Under the pieces are notes generated by a model. It did not search any database. It saw nothing but the letters and a program-made list of their open reading frames with translations, and was not told where the DNA came from. A DNA stretch of 61,949 nt, the filler included. It is 9 parts of 9 records of this genome, joined end to end, with 100 filler letters (N's around TTAATTAATTAA, not from the genome) between each part and the next. Parts side by side here need not be neighbours in the genome. Positions count along the whole stretch, not along the records: positions 6,241 to 16,235 come from SRR2962707_644; positions 16,336 to 23,477 come from SRR2962707_649; 7 more parts are not named here. One strand, 5' to 3'. Below are positions 10,735 to 22,693 of this stretch, one piece after another. Within the stretch, counting starts at the first letter, position 1, and every line of letters begins with the position of its first letter. A program made the translations under genes and the position numbers.

Positions 10735-13334
10735 TGATGATAACTAACAGGCCTCCAAAATTTGCCGATAGAGTCCTTGCACTCCTACTCCAGGATGAGC
10801 TGGTGGAAGAAATTCAAGGTGACATGCATGAATACTATGCTGAACTGGCACATCATCCCAACTGGAAAAGGAAGTTGTTCTACTGGTTTCATCTATTTCA
10901 CTTACTGCGTCCTTCCTTGCTTAAAAAGCCGACTTTACCCTTGTGGCTCAATCGATTGGGCTTTCTAAGTCTGAATGCAAAGTTGGCCTTCAGAGGTCTG
11001 ATCAAACAAAAGACGGTAGCTATTGGCTCAATTGTCAGTCTGGTTACGGGTGTGCTCTGCTTTCATCTGATCTATTTGTGGATCGACAATGAATGGACGA
11101 CCGATCAATTTCACGAAAATTTAGAAAACCTGTATGTAGGTAGCTATCAATCAGATTTGACTGTGGAGTATCAGCCACTTATGCTTAGTGAAATTTTGAA
11201 CTTCAATCTGGATGATTATCCGGAAGTCGTATCGTCAACGGCGGTACATGTCTACAATGAAAATGAAATAAAGGTCATTAGCAACAACATTGATTTTCCG
11301 GGTAGGGGCTTTATTGTGGACAGTACATTTCTGGATCTCTTCAGTTTTCCAGTTATCGAAGGGGAGCAGTATGCTTTGTCCGATCCTTCTAATATTCTTC
11401 TAACCAGAAAATTTGCAAACAGGTTGTTTGGCAACAAAAACCCAATCGGTGAAGTAGTCAAAATTCAATGTGACCTCAACAACACCTATAAAGTAGCTGG
11501 CGTTATTGAGACTATCCCATCCAACAGCTCTGTCTATTTTGACTTCCTTATTCCTCGACACTCCGGCCGTCGCTGGAGACGAATTCCGCAAGAAATTATT
11601 CTTGCTCAGCCAGGCGCTGATATTCAATCACTCAATCATAAGATCAGCTTATTCGCTCGGGAAACTACCCGATTCAAAGAAATTAACCTCGCTTATGTTC
11701 CCTGGCAATCCATTTACTTCGATCATCCGTTCGATTTCAACCTCCTCTCCAAGTATGGAGACAGGAGTACTGTCAAAACCATGGCATTTATTGCGCTCAT
11801 TATTTTATTGATCTCCATCTTTAGCTTTACAAAACTCCAAACGTCCAAGAAGCTTTCTTCCACGAAGAAGATGGGCATCCAACAGGCAATTGGAGCATCA
11901 AGACTGGGCCTGAACATTGAGTATCTGATTGAGGGATTTATCTTGATCCTCATCTCTACCGGTCTTGTGTTTATTTCCTTCGAGGCAATATTTCCGATTT
12001 TTTCTGAGGAATTGGAGATCGCCATCGACAGGCATTGGGTGAAAGATTTAATTGGTATTGGATCAATCACTACAGTGATCATAGCCATTTCCATTCTTTT
12101 TTCCATGATTCAAAACCAGCGAATCAGGATTACGGAAGCCATAAATGATCAAAAGTCATTTCTTAAAATCCCGAAAATTCAGCGGTGGTTAACGACGATA
12201 CAATATGCGATTACCATCATGTTGGTCATCGTTACTTCCACTATTTTCATTCAATACAATTATCTGATCGGCAAGGATACAGGGGTCAATACCGAACAAA
12301 TTGTAAGTGTCGATTTTTTCGACCTGATGAGCGGAAATCCCTCAAGTAAAAGTCGTCAGAGCGCCATGACACTGCATCAATATGTGGTCAATGAACTTAG
12401 TCAAAACCCAAATGTCCTGACTTTCACACAAGGTCAGCCACCCATCCACCGGGAAGGTAATCCAAACGCCTGGAAGCTCTTACAGCCTAATCAGGATTAT
12501 GTAACTCACCACAAAATGAATGTAGATCCTTCCTCTGCCGAGGTGTTTGGCCTGGAAATCGTCCAGGGTCGATTCTTCTCAGATAGTCTGGATGCTAGAA
12601 TTGGGAAGCAGGCAGTTATCAATGAGGCTGCAATGAAATTCTGGGGTATTGAAGACATCTCCACTGCACGAATCGCACATCCGATGTGGGGTGCAGAAGA
12701 GGATCCTTTTCAAATTATTGGCGTGGTAAAAGATTATCACTACGAACATCTTTCTAGTGCTATTGAGCCATTAATTCTACTTTATTCGACCTTCCCTGAG
12801 GAAGATTTCCTGATCAAATATGCCAAAGGAAAGGAAGCGGAGGTTGTCGAAAATCTGGAGGCACTCTACAGAGAAGTGAATCCCAATGGTATTTTCCAGC
12901 ATGAGTTCTTGAATAATACGCTGGAAAAGCAATACTTGAAAGAAAAGCAAGTAGGCAAAATCTATTTTTCATTCACCATCATCACCATATTGCTTGCTTC
13001 AATAAGCTTATTCACTTTCTCTCTTCATGAAGCCAAAAGAAGAACGAAAGAAGTTGGAATCAGAAAGGTGAATGGCGCGACAGGTGGCAATATCTTCAGG
13101 TTATTGACCTATTCCTTTGCCAGATCGATCCTCATTGCTTTTGCTGCAGCCACCCCATTGGCCTGGTTTTTTAATAAATCCTGGCTAGCTGATTTTGCGA
13201 ACAGAGCCCATATCGGGTGGTGGATTTATCCACTTGCCGGAGTTTTGGTTTTGGTGATTGCACTAGCAACCTCCTCTTGGCAAACCATCAAGCTTGCCAG
13301 AAAAAATCCGGTAGAAAGTTTGAGATATGAATAA
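10731..13334 (+). CDS. ABC transporter permease (MacB/FtsX-like, duplicated), Bacteroidota type
   Basis: N-terminal PPKFADRVL..EEIQGDMHE prefix, MacB periplasmic regions, RTKEVGIRKVNGA, C-terminal NPVESLRYE; overlaps the padR stop. Confidence 0.92.
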   Translation: MMMITNRPPKFADRVLALLLQDELVEEIQGDMHEYYAELAHHPNWKRKLFYWFHLFHLLRPSLLKKPTLPLWLNRLGFLSLNAKLAFRGLIKQKTVAIGSIVSLVTGVLCFHLIYLWIDNEWTTDQFHENLENLYVGSYQSDLTVEYQPLMLSEILNFNLDDYPEVVSSTAVHVYNENEIKVISNNIDFPGRGFIVDSTFLDLFSFPVIEGEQYALSDPSNILLTRKFANRLFGNKNPIGEVVKIQCDLNNTYKVAGVIETIPSNSSVYFDFLIPRHSGRRWRRIPQEIILAQPGADIQSLNHKISLFARETTRFKEINLAYVPWQSIYFDHPFDFNLLSKYGDRSTVKTMAFIALIILLISIFSFTKLQTSKKLSSTKKMGIQQAIGASRLGLNIEYLIEGFILILISTGLVFISFEAIFPIFSEELEIAIDRHWVKDLIGIGSITTVIIAISILFSMIQNQRIRITEAINDQKSFLKIPKIQRWLTTIQYAITIMLVIVTSTIFIQYNYLIGKDTGVNTEQIVSVDFFDLMSGNPSSKSRQSAMTLHQYVVNELSQNPNVLTFTQGQPPIHREGNPNAWKLLQPNQDYVTHHKMNVDPSSAEVFGLEIVQGRFFSDSLDARIGKQAVINEAAMKFWGIEDISTARIAHPMWGAEEDPFQIIGVVKDYHYEHLSSAIEPLILLYSTFPEEDFLIKYAKGKEAEVVENLEALYREVNPNGIFQHEFLNNTLEKQYLKEKQVGKIYFSFTIITILLASISLFTFSLHEAKRRTKEVGIRKVNGATGGNIFRLLTYSFARSILIAFAAATPLAWFFNKSWLADFANRAHIGWWIYPLAGVLVLVIALATSSWQTIKLARKNPVESLRYE

Positions 13335-13366
13335 GGATGATAACTGCATTTGAATAATTTTCCTGT

Positions 13367-13939
13367 GTGGAAAACATCCTGTCAAAGTCTCAAATCAGAA
13401 AAATGGTGCTTCAGTATCGGAGACTTCTATCTTCTGATGAGTTTGAAAGAAGGAACAAAGCACTCCTGGATCAGCTGGATGGCTTCCTCGAAAATCAGCA
13501 TTATAGGGATATTCATGTCTTCTTGCCAATAACAAAAAACAAAGAAGTAGATATCAGGCCCCTGCTTACCACATTGTGGGAGGGTGGTAAAACCATTATT
13601 GGTTCAAAAACGAGCTTCAAAACACATTCAATGCAACATTTCCATTTACAAAAGGAAACACAACTGGCGCTAAACAGCATGGGGATACCCGAGCCAATAC
13701 ATGCCGAAGAAACAAGCCTAGATCACTTAGACATCATATTGATTCCACTACTCATAGCTGACAAAAAAGGTAATCGAATAGGATACGGCGGTGGATATTA
13801 TGATCAACTGTTAGGAACAACTTCCTCCCTAAAAATAGGTTTGTCATTAAGTCCTCCGACAGATCAAATCGCGCAGGTCGAAAGCTGGGATGAAAAATTG
13901 AATGCGTTAATAACCCCCTATCAAATCTTTAATTTTTAA
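13367..13939 (+). CDS. ygfA: 5-formyltetrahydrofolate cyclo-ligase
   Basis: KSQIRK N-terminus, GIPEP, DIILIPL...GNRIGYGGGYYD motif. Confidence 0.92.
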   Translation: MENILSKSQIRKMVLQYRRLLSSDEFERRNKALLDQLDGFLENQHYRDIHVFLPITKNKEVDIRPLLTTLWEGGKTIIGSKTSFKTHSMQHFHLQKETQLALNSMGIPEPIHAEETSLDHLDIILIPLLIADKKGNRIGYGGGYYDQLLGTTSSLKIGLSLSPPTDQIAQVESWDEKLNALITPYQIFNF

Positions 13940-15180
13940 GCTCTTGCTTTTAAGGTTTTCAATGCTCTGAGCTTGGCCCTCAATTCATTGATCGTTTCTT
14001 TGGAAAGCTCCATGTAGATCCGGAAACTTTCATTTGCCACCAACTCTTCACTGATTAGCAATTCGAAAGCTTTGTTTTGAGCTGATTGGATGTGGCGAAT
14101 CTTCTCTACAACAGCTTTCACCTCTTTTAGCGCTGAGATGGTATTCTTTATACCTATCAAATCTTCATAAAACTCATCGATTCGGTCTTTCTTCTTCTGC
14201 GCTTGCCACTTCGTTAGTGAAACCAAACCACTCCATGCTGCAATAATCAATGAAAGAATGACACCTCCCAGCTCTGCATATCGTTCTACAAAACTCGGCT
14301 CATCACGATCAAGGAATGTCCTTGCTCCCTCGTGCAGAGGGATATTTAATCTGCCCTGATCAAAATCTTCACGCATGCCATTGTAAAGCAGAGGGTCAAT
14401 GCCAGTAAAAACCTGTCGGTTTCTCAGCATCGTTCTGGTAAAATCATTGACAGCCACTTCCCCCAAACCGGATCGCACCATCATCACCAAGTCCACAGAT
14501 AGAGTCACGACTGGTTCTTTGGTAAACTCCCAGTATGATCCCTGGGGTATGATGAAAGGGCTCATTCTAGGATATTTAAGTGAAATTCCTTCCACAGCAG
14601 ATGCGTTCCCCACATTTTCGACCTTATCGAATGAAAAGAGTTTAAATCCTTTGTATTGAGTCAGCGAGTTGTCCCTCAATAGATTGGTCAACTCAACGAT
14701 CACATCACCTTGCGCCATTTCAAAAGTCACGCTGATCCTGCTCAGATCTACGCCGTAAAACTCGAAGAGATCCATCATCAGGTTATAGGTGGGCGACTCC
14801 TGCTTACCTATGTACAAGGTTTTGTCATAAACCAGTTCCTGAAATGAACTGACTTCAAATTCATCTCTGTAGAAAATGTGAAGCACTTCTGAGTAGACTG
14901 AGAATGCCGAGTTGATCCCCTCTCTAAAATTCACATAGTTTTCAACTAAGGCAATATCAACACGTCCTGACATCAGGCTATCCAGGTTTTCTTCTGTCCC
15001 TACACCCTCAATCAGCCTGATATCAACATTGTAGTAAGTTGATTCAAGCAGCTGCTCCATTCGTTCAGCAATCATCTTATTTGGCCCCTCATCATTATAA
15101 ATGAAGGTGAAACTAGTTACGGTAATGTTGCACGAAACCATGAAAGCGGCCAGTGCAAACAAGAGGATCAATCGATTCAT
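13936..15180 (-). CDS. TAXI-family TRAP solute-binding-like lipoprotein with C-terminal TM helix and cytoplasmic helical tail
   Basis: Lipobox-like FMVSC, GTEENLDSL...VDIALV, YSEVLHIF, IPLHEGARTFL; then TM GGVILSLIIAAW and KKKDRIDEFY. Confidence 0.75.
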   Translation of the reverse strand: MNRLILLFALAAFMVSCNITVTSFTFIYNDEGPNKMIAERMEQLLESTYYNVDIRLIEGVGTEENLDSLMSGRVDIALVENYVNFREGINSAFSVYSEVLHIFYRDEFEVSSFQELVYDKTLYIGKQESPTYNLMMDLFEFYGVDLSRISVTFEMAQGDVIVELTNLLRDNSLTQYKGFKLFSFDKVENVGNASAVEGISLKYPRMSPFIIPQGSYWEFTKEPVVTLSVDLVMMVRSGLGEVAVNDFTRTMLRNRQVFTGIDPLLYNGMREDFDQGRLNIPLHEGARTFLDRDEPSFVERYAELGGVILSLIIAAWSGLVSLTKWQAQKKKDRIDEFYEDLIGIKNTISALKEVKAVVEKIRHIQSAQNKAFELLISEELVANESFRIYMELSKETINELRAKLRALKTLKARA

Positions 15181-15294
15181 ATTGCATATTACGAATTCGT
15201 TAAAAATACCGCTAAAATATTTATGTCAACTTCTTGACACATATCATTTTAACCATAATCAGCTCTAGTCATTTATTTGCATTATTTTTAGAAC

Positions 15295-15302
15295 TACTTT
15301 TG
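15295..15302 (+). promoter_or_regulatory. Bacteroidota -7 element (TACTTTTG)
   Basis: TAnnTTTG about 36 nt upstream of the ATG at 15339. Confidence 0.55.
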
Positions 15303-15338
15303 CGGCCGGCACAAACCAATAAAAAATATTCGTTCTGA

Positions 15339-16235
15339 ATGAAGAAAAGAGTTTCCTTCTCGGACAAGATTAAATACCGTTTCGACAATTTCGTATCACA
15401 GGGTACTGTTTCCATGATCAAAGGATTGGGAGTTATCACCTTGATCGTGATTGCCCTATTCGGTACCATGCTTCTCCTATTTGGCCTGCATCCTGATCAT
15501 GAATCCAACTTCAACATTTTCGAGTCTGTGTGGGTAAACCTTACGCACGCGCTTGATCCGGGGGTATTAGGTAACCATGATGAAAACTGGCCTTTCCGCT
15601 TGTTTATGCTGGTGACTACCGTACTCGGTCTGGTCATTATTTCCACATTGATCGGTTTGGTATCGAACGGTATCCTTACGAAACTGGAAGTGCTGAGAAA
15701 AGGTCGTTCATTCGTCATTGAAAAAGACCATGTACTTATTCTTGGCTGGTCGTCTAAGATTTTTACCATTATTCCTGAACTGGTTGAAGCCAATGAAAAC
15801 CAAAAAAGAGGAGTAGTTGTAATCCTTGCAGATATGGACAAGGTGGTGATGGAAGACGAAATAAAAGACAAGGTGGGTAATACTGGCAACACCCAGGTGA
15901 TTTGCCGAACAGGAAACCCGATTGATGTGCACGATTTGCAGATTGCCAATCCTTTCGATACGAAAGCCATCATCATTCTGGATAAAGACAATGAGAATTC
16001 GGATAGCCAGATCATCAAAACAATTGTTGCGATTGTAACGAACCCTAACCGAAGAGAAGCTGCTTATCACATCACTGCTGAGATGGAAGATAAGAGAAAC
16101 TTCGACGTAGCGAAGATGGTTGGCGGAAGTGAAGTTGAGTTGATTCTTTCGGATGAGATCATTTCCAGGATCATGGTTCAAACAAGTAGACAATCTGGTT
16201 TGAGTGTGGTTTACCAGGATTTGATGGATTTTGAT
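15339..16235 (+). CDS. CASTOR/POLLUX-related putative ion channel with RCK domain (3' truncated)
   Basis: KYRFDNFVSQG, HALDPG pore-like motif, LRKGRSFVIEKDHVLILGWS, ICRTGNP, IMVQTSRQSGLSVVYQDLMDFD. Confidence 0.85.
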
Positions 16236-16755
16236 NNNNNNNNNNNNNNNNNNNNNNNNNNNNNNNNNNNNNNNNNNNNTTAATTAATTAANNNNNNNNN
16301 NNNNNNNNNNNNNNNNNNNNNNNNNNNNNNNNNNNCACACACACACACACGCACGCACACACAAACAACGACGCGCACACGCCCACTGCAAGTCAACACG
16401 CACGCACACACGCCAAGTGAAGTATTGGGTCGTGCACCAGACACACACAGATCAGATCGTCGCCTTGGTCGAGTGGGTGGAGCCACGGGCGAAAGTGAAG
16501 CGTGCTCGTGTGGGCGGGCGCCAACGGCTGGCTGCCGCCGCTCGAGTTCAGAAGTTGAGGCGGTGGTGTGACGACAGACCGACGACGCCTGCGCCGACAA
16601 CAAGCGGGGTCGACCGACCGATCGATCGCTCTCCCCTGTTTTTTCTGGTTGTCCTTTTTGTCTGTTTTTTTGGCAACTCCGCCACGAACAAACGTCGTCC
16701 TTTTTTTTTTTTTGTCGTCGCATTTCTTCTTTTCTGATTACCTGCCTTCCCCAGA

Positions 16756-17643
16756 ATGCCTGAGAAAGTCACAAAGGTTGTGGCGACCCCGAAGGGCCGC
16801 GCCATGCGCCCTTCGAAGCGCAAGAAGAAAGGCGAGGAAGACATCCCCATCAAGCGCACGCGCAAGGTCGTCACCTGGGACGTGCGCACGGCCATCATCT
16901 ACGCCTTCCTCCACCCGCAGATCTACGACGCGGACCGCTCCCGCATCTCCACTTGCGCCAAAGTCATCGGTGTGAAGCGCCAGACCGTGCACGGCTGGCT
17001 CAACACCGAGAAGAACAACCCCCACGTTGCGCGCTGGTTCGACACCGTGCGCGAGCTGACGTGGCGGAGCGTGCGCAAGCGCCTCGGCAAAGCGTTTGCC
17101 GAGAAGTTCGACCACATCGAACTCGACTCCAAGGTGCCAGAGGAGAAGTTGGTGCCCTTCGCCAAGGCACGAGGGGACGGACCGCAAGTCCTCACCTCTG
17201 TCACGCCCATCCCCAATGCCACGCGCGGGCAGCTGGCCAAGAACGACCCGGAGCACTACATCTCCATCCCAGCGGGTCGCAAGCACTTTATTTGCAGCGG
17301 TGGTGGTGCCAAGGCGCGCGGCCGCAAGTTCCAAGAGGAAGAGGCCTTCCTCCGCAACTTCATTCGTCAGTCGTGGGACCAGGGTGCTCCGCGCAGCATG
17401 CCGGAAATGAAGGCCGAGCTGTGGGCACAGTACGGCGACTCCACGCACCTCGACTTCTGGAAGGCTTACTTGGACCCAGAGAAGAAGTCTGCCGACATGC
17501 AGCTCGGTGCCTTCGTGCGCCGCGTGCTGGGCCGCATGAACATCAACATCCGATCTCTGCCCCGCCGACGACGCTCACGCCGCGCTGGGGGACCCGGACC
17601 TCAGCAGGCGCAAGCAGTGGCCGCCGCAAGCCACCGCCCTTGA
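16756..17643 (+). mobile_element. Pogo/Tc5/CENP-B-like transposase N-terminal DNA-binding region (two HTH modules), no DDE domain visible
   Basis: First HTH CAKVIGVKRQTVHGWL; Tc5-like HTH GRKFQEEEAFLRNFIRQSWDQGAPRS...GAFVRRVLGRMNINIR. Intronless and more GC-rich than neighbouring genes. Confidence 0.55.
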
Positions 17644-17826
17644 ATCAAGTGTCGCCTCCGTGTTTGTGTGTGTCCCAGAGTCTGGGCGAAAAGTGTACTC
17701 ATCATCTATCTATTAGAGACTATTTTTGAATAACAACCATAAAAAAAAATGAACGTTACTGATAAAGCTTCAATGACCACAGTGGAGGAGCGCTTCGCAT
17801 GGTTGCGTCTATTTTTCGAACTCGCC

Positions 17827-20800
17827 CTATTGGCGAAGCATATACTTGGTGGAGTAGGCGAAGCGCCCACCCTTGCCGGCTTCCACTTCGTCGATGTACA
17901 GCGTCTGTGTCTCTCCCGGCCCCACGGTAATGTCCACTGACCAAACTTGGGTCACACCGTCAGCTTCCATACCATCTGGAGGTGATTCACCCCTCACCGC
18001 CTGGAAGGATCACAAACACAGCACGGTGACTACCGGTACCAAAGAGACGGCCTCATTGACTCGGCGTTCCGCCAAGCACACGCAAACCTACCATGTTCTC
18101 AAGCTTGAAATCAAAATGTTGTTGCAGCGACAGACTTTCCGTCTTGTTTTCAAATACCCTACCGGAAACGAAAAACAAAAGCACTCAATTTTAGACAACA
18201 ATTTCATTGATGCAACTTTCAGGGAAAAGAGTGTTGCGCACGCCCGCACCATGTGATGACACCGTCCGCGTCCCCCTCGTAACGAACAAGACCAGGAATC
18301 GCCTCGCCTTTTGACTTGTACGACACACGTTTCCCTCCAGCAAGCGCCTTGTTCATCCGTACCGCAATTGACGGTTCTCAAGCCAAGCAGGCGCAGCAAC
18401 ACGGGCCAGCCAAAATGCCTCCACCGCAACAAACGCAAGCCATTTAGAAAACGCACCTTTTGCAGAAGCTCGTCCTCGCTAAGTTGTTTCGGGGCGATGC
18501 CGTAACTGGCCTCGATGTGCATTTTAGTAAAAGCATCCTCGATTTGCCGCATTAAAATCACTGCACTCTGCCCAGGTTCAATCACCATTGATAAATTAAA
18601 CACGTTGATGGCAGCGTTGTCTCGTCCAGGTGGCCTCGAGGCATCTGCGACTGATGCCTCGGACACGGAGAGCTCCATCGTTCCAGCATGGGGCATGACC
18701 CACCTATCAATGTCATTTCACTCTGAGGTCATAAAAAAGGTACATGGTGCCAAGGTGTCTGGCGCTTCAAAAAAATCAAACGGCAACTCACATATTCGTC
18801 AGCTCGAGTTTCGCTTTGAGGCGAACAGGCTCTCCTGTGAGTGTAGTCCCGCATCAAAAGCGGTGCAGAAACTTCAAACAAAATGGAGGTGCAGCGCATC
18901 TGTGCAACATCCGCGCACCATCGAAAACAACGGCCGTACCGCTCGCTAGTGTGTTCTTGTACTCCAGGATATCAATTCCCATTGTGGACATGTTGCTGCC
19001 CGCACTTTTTCCCCACCCAACACGCCGTGTAAGAGGCTTTGGTTTTTCAGATGGCTTCATACCAATGGAAGGGGAGCAAAGGAGCAAATGTTGGAGTGAG
19101 CAACAACCAGACACACAGTCGGTAGCACGAAGTGTTCACCTGCTACAGCCACCAACACGCACCTTTGGCCAATTGCACATGCCATAGTTTTCCCCAGCAG
19201 CGACTTCAAACGCTTGCACCTGCTTTGCGGCCCACTCTTCGGCAGACAACTTGACCTAGTCAGCAAGCAGGACAGTAGGTGAAACGAACAGTTTCTTTTC
19301 AGGGCCACACAAAGTCACTCCACAGCCAAAAAGTAGTGTACCTCCTCGAATTCGATATCAGTCGCTGAATTGTGCACATATGCTCCGAGCACAACACGCA
19401 GTCCTTCTCCATCAAACTGAAATCAAAAGCCCCGGACAGCGTTAGTTGAGCAAATGACCTTGCAGGCTAGCAGTCAAATGTGGCTCAAAGGAAATCCCAA
19501 CAAAGTTGCGAAATGAGTTTGCACCTTTCGATGCGGGGAGGTTGAAATGAAAATCAAGTACGATGATCCGCCGTCGTGATCGCACGCAATTTGCAGCTCA
19601 GCTTCTCCCTCATCCTCCATGTTTGTGGATCCTACGGCAATTCCCCCGCCAAACCCTTCGTCGACAACAATGAATCCCATGGACATGTCATAGTGGTGGA
19701 CACTACTTGACGTTGAACCGGCCGCATTGACTTTTTTTTTTCGAAGCTGGTGCCGTGTTTGGTTTGCAATGGAAGCCGAGAAGTGCACCGTATCTGCGTG
19801 GCTCACCCTCACTCGCACACACCCAATACTTTCTACCTGACCTTGAGTCCTTTGCGATACACCTTTCAAGTGTTCCCCCGCACTGAGTGCTACATTTGTG
19901 TGGTGATAATGCCCTGAGCATACATAATCACCAGTCCGGACCATTCAGTCGAAGGTGTGTTTCAAGGCAGTCAGAACTTTGGCGATGTCGGTGTGCCCTT
20001 CAGGTCTCCACCAAAGAGTGGCATTGGCATACAACACACCTTCAGGAGTGGCACAATTTATGTGCGCGACCTCAAAGTGCGATAAAAAATCCGGCATGGC
20101 CATCCAAAAAAGTCCAGTGTTCGATCCCTCTTTCAGGTCCTCCTCCTCAAAGCGGCGAAAGATTTCCGGATATCGTTTCCACTCATTCGAATTCTCTGAC
20201 CTTTGAAACGAAGCATCCACACCCCCCCCACACACAACACACAACATGAAAAAGTGGCCACTCTCAGTGTCACAGATTTCTTTGGCAAAAGGCCCACGCC
20301 AACGCACCAAGCTCCCTTCCACTCAAATTTCCCCCATGGGTTGCGCAGCTGAACTAATCGCAAAGGTGTAGGTCCATCCCACCCCATATCACCTGAACAG
20401 AAAGACACGCCCGACGCCAGTCGATCGTGAAAAGAAAAGAGAAACAGCCGCACGCCGAGCAGCGAAATGACAAATTATCTGTCTTCGCACAGTTCGTGCC
20501 GCAATTCCAGGCACTGTATTTTCAAAGCAAATACAACATCAACGCACCCGGTTGGATCTCCACCGCATCGAGCAGTGCATAAGAGTGGCCGGTCACAAGG
20601 CCACAACTCTGGGCGGTGATGTCGGTTTCAGGGACTGACGCACAGATCAAGTGCCCGATTTGAGTCCCTTGCAATAGCTGCCGAAACACATGTGAATCTG
20701 CATCGTCTCCGGTGCCTTCATGGAGATCGGCCAAACGACCAACACCGGAAGGGCCAATGCTCGGCGCGCGTTTGAAGGTCACCTGACAACAATGGAAACC

Positions 20801-22693
20801 ACTGTTCATGAATGATGCAGTGGCAAAGCACCTCAATATTCCTCCCGTTTCATGTATTTTGACCTACGTTGCTATGCCGGAGATTTTGAAAATGCAGGCT
20901 CTGCGATGGTGCACCTGTTAGTGCTCTCATCGCATCACCCGGGGACCCTCCGCCATCAATGTGAAAGTATGAACCATGCACCTTTGCCCATGCCTGTCCG
21001 AACAAACAAATTTTATTGCGTCATAGCGCCACATGTGAGCACAGCCCAGTACACTGCGTGACGATTGTTCTGTGTTGCAGCACATTTTAGAGCGACAGAG
21101 CTCCACCCAACCATCACACCTTCTCCAGCAAAAGCACCCACAGCGCAGTTTCGTCCACCGCGTGAGAGAAAATGGGCAACCCGGTGTTTTTGTCACAAGG
21201 AAAGAAAGAGTCCAAGCACATGGGCTTGAACTCGCCGCCAATGCAGAACTGCACGACGAACACCCCGGCTTCAAGTGAATCGCGAATGAAAATCTTTCGC
21301 ACATACTTGAGTTCATGCTGAATTTCAGAAATTGTGGAAAGTGCACTGAGAAAGTAGCAGTCATTGAGTAGGCCTGTTCATGTCACATTCGAGCACTGAA
21401 TGCCAGGCCCAAAAAACAGAACCCCACAGAAAAAAATGCACCTCACATCCGCACCTTGCTGCACATCATGCGGGTCGGCCTTATGCCATGTTGTGGCGTG
21501 AAGGTATTGGTCCCCCATGAAATGCCTGGCAGGATGCCATGTGGCCGTGGCCCACTTGTAAGATTTGCGTTGGTCTCCCTTTCCACCGCCCGAAGAAGCT
21601 GCTTCAAAGGCCGCCCAGTCGGGGGCAAGCGAAGATCGGTCCGGCAGAAACGATGGGTCCTTCCACACCTCGTTCTCCTTGCCAGGAGCTGAAAATCCAG
21701 CGATGATCTGACTAGTGAGGTCCAATACGCGTTGCACGTCTGCCGAGTGCTGAAATCGAGTGAGAGTGATATTGTCTTTCGGACTCCTGGCTTTTGCTTC
21801 GGCAGCCGCAGCCGCGACCGCGGCAGACGATGATCGGCTGCGCAATCGCGTGCGAATCTTGAGTTTCGACGTGCGGTTGGAAGTAGAAATGGGCGCATCG
21901 CTGCTCGTGTTGGGTGTGTAGCCCTCCCAAGCTTCGAACGATTCAAGCATCTAGCACACCACGACCACAGACCGTGCATGGCAGGTTACTACACGAACTC
22001 CATACAGCACAGCTATCAACGGTTCAGGAAACGCAGCCAACCGAATTGACCTGAATAGATGCTTCCGCCTCAGGCCCTCCCAAGTAGTCAAAGTACCCAT
22101 AAACTTCATCCAGCGTGATGAATCCTTGATTCTTGCTGTACGCATCGATTTGCTCCAGATAGTATGTTGCCTGGGCTGAGGCATCACTGTCACCGCCGAA
22201 GAATGCCTGGACCACGAAACAACAACAACAAATCGGAAAAAAAAAAAAGAACAAACAAAACAAAACAAAAATCAAAAAATCAAAAACCAAAAACCAAAAA
22301 TCGGAAAATCGGCAACAAAGATGACGCTTCGAGAGCCAAAGCAAACGCACGTTGTTGCGACTCGCGTACCTTGAGTTCCTCCAGGGTCACTTTCCCGTCC
22401 GTCCCTCCGAGCGCCCCGTCCATGAAAAGATACAGGCGGTGCACTCGCTCCCAGAAGGGCCCTTTGCGCTGGTCGATGCCGAGGTTCCCAGCCATAGCGT
22501 CCCACACAACGGCCATGTACTCATTCCGCTTGATGCCTCTCACGACACCCCCGCTCTCTAGCTCGTGGTCTTTGGCATACTGGTTGAACGTGGCCTGGTG
22601 CCATATGGGCCCAGCCAGTCTCTGCGCTTGAGACTCGTCCAGGACGTCCCCTCCGTGGGACGACGACGACGGCACACTCGCCCCTGTGCCCAT
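17827..22693 (-). CDS. Multi-exon calpain-like cysteine protease with N-terminal MGxxxS and EF-hand-like motifs
   Basis: Spliced QGLLNDCYFLSALS (catalytic Cys), GHSYALLD (His), LRNPWGKFEWKGAW (Asn), WKDPSF; EF-hand-like DGKVTLEELK and QGFITLDE. Last exon ends at TAG 17827-17829. Internal exon borders are partly uncertain. Confidence 0.85.
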
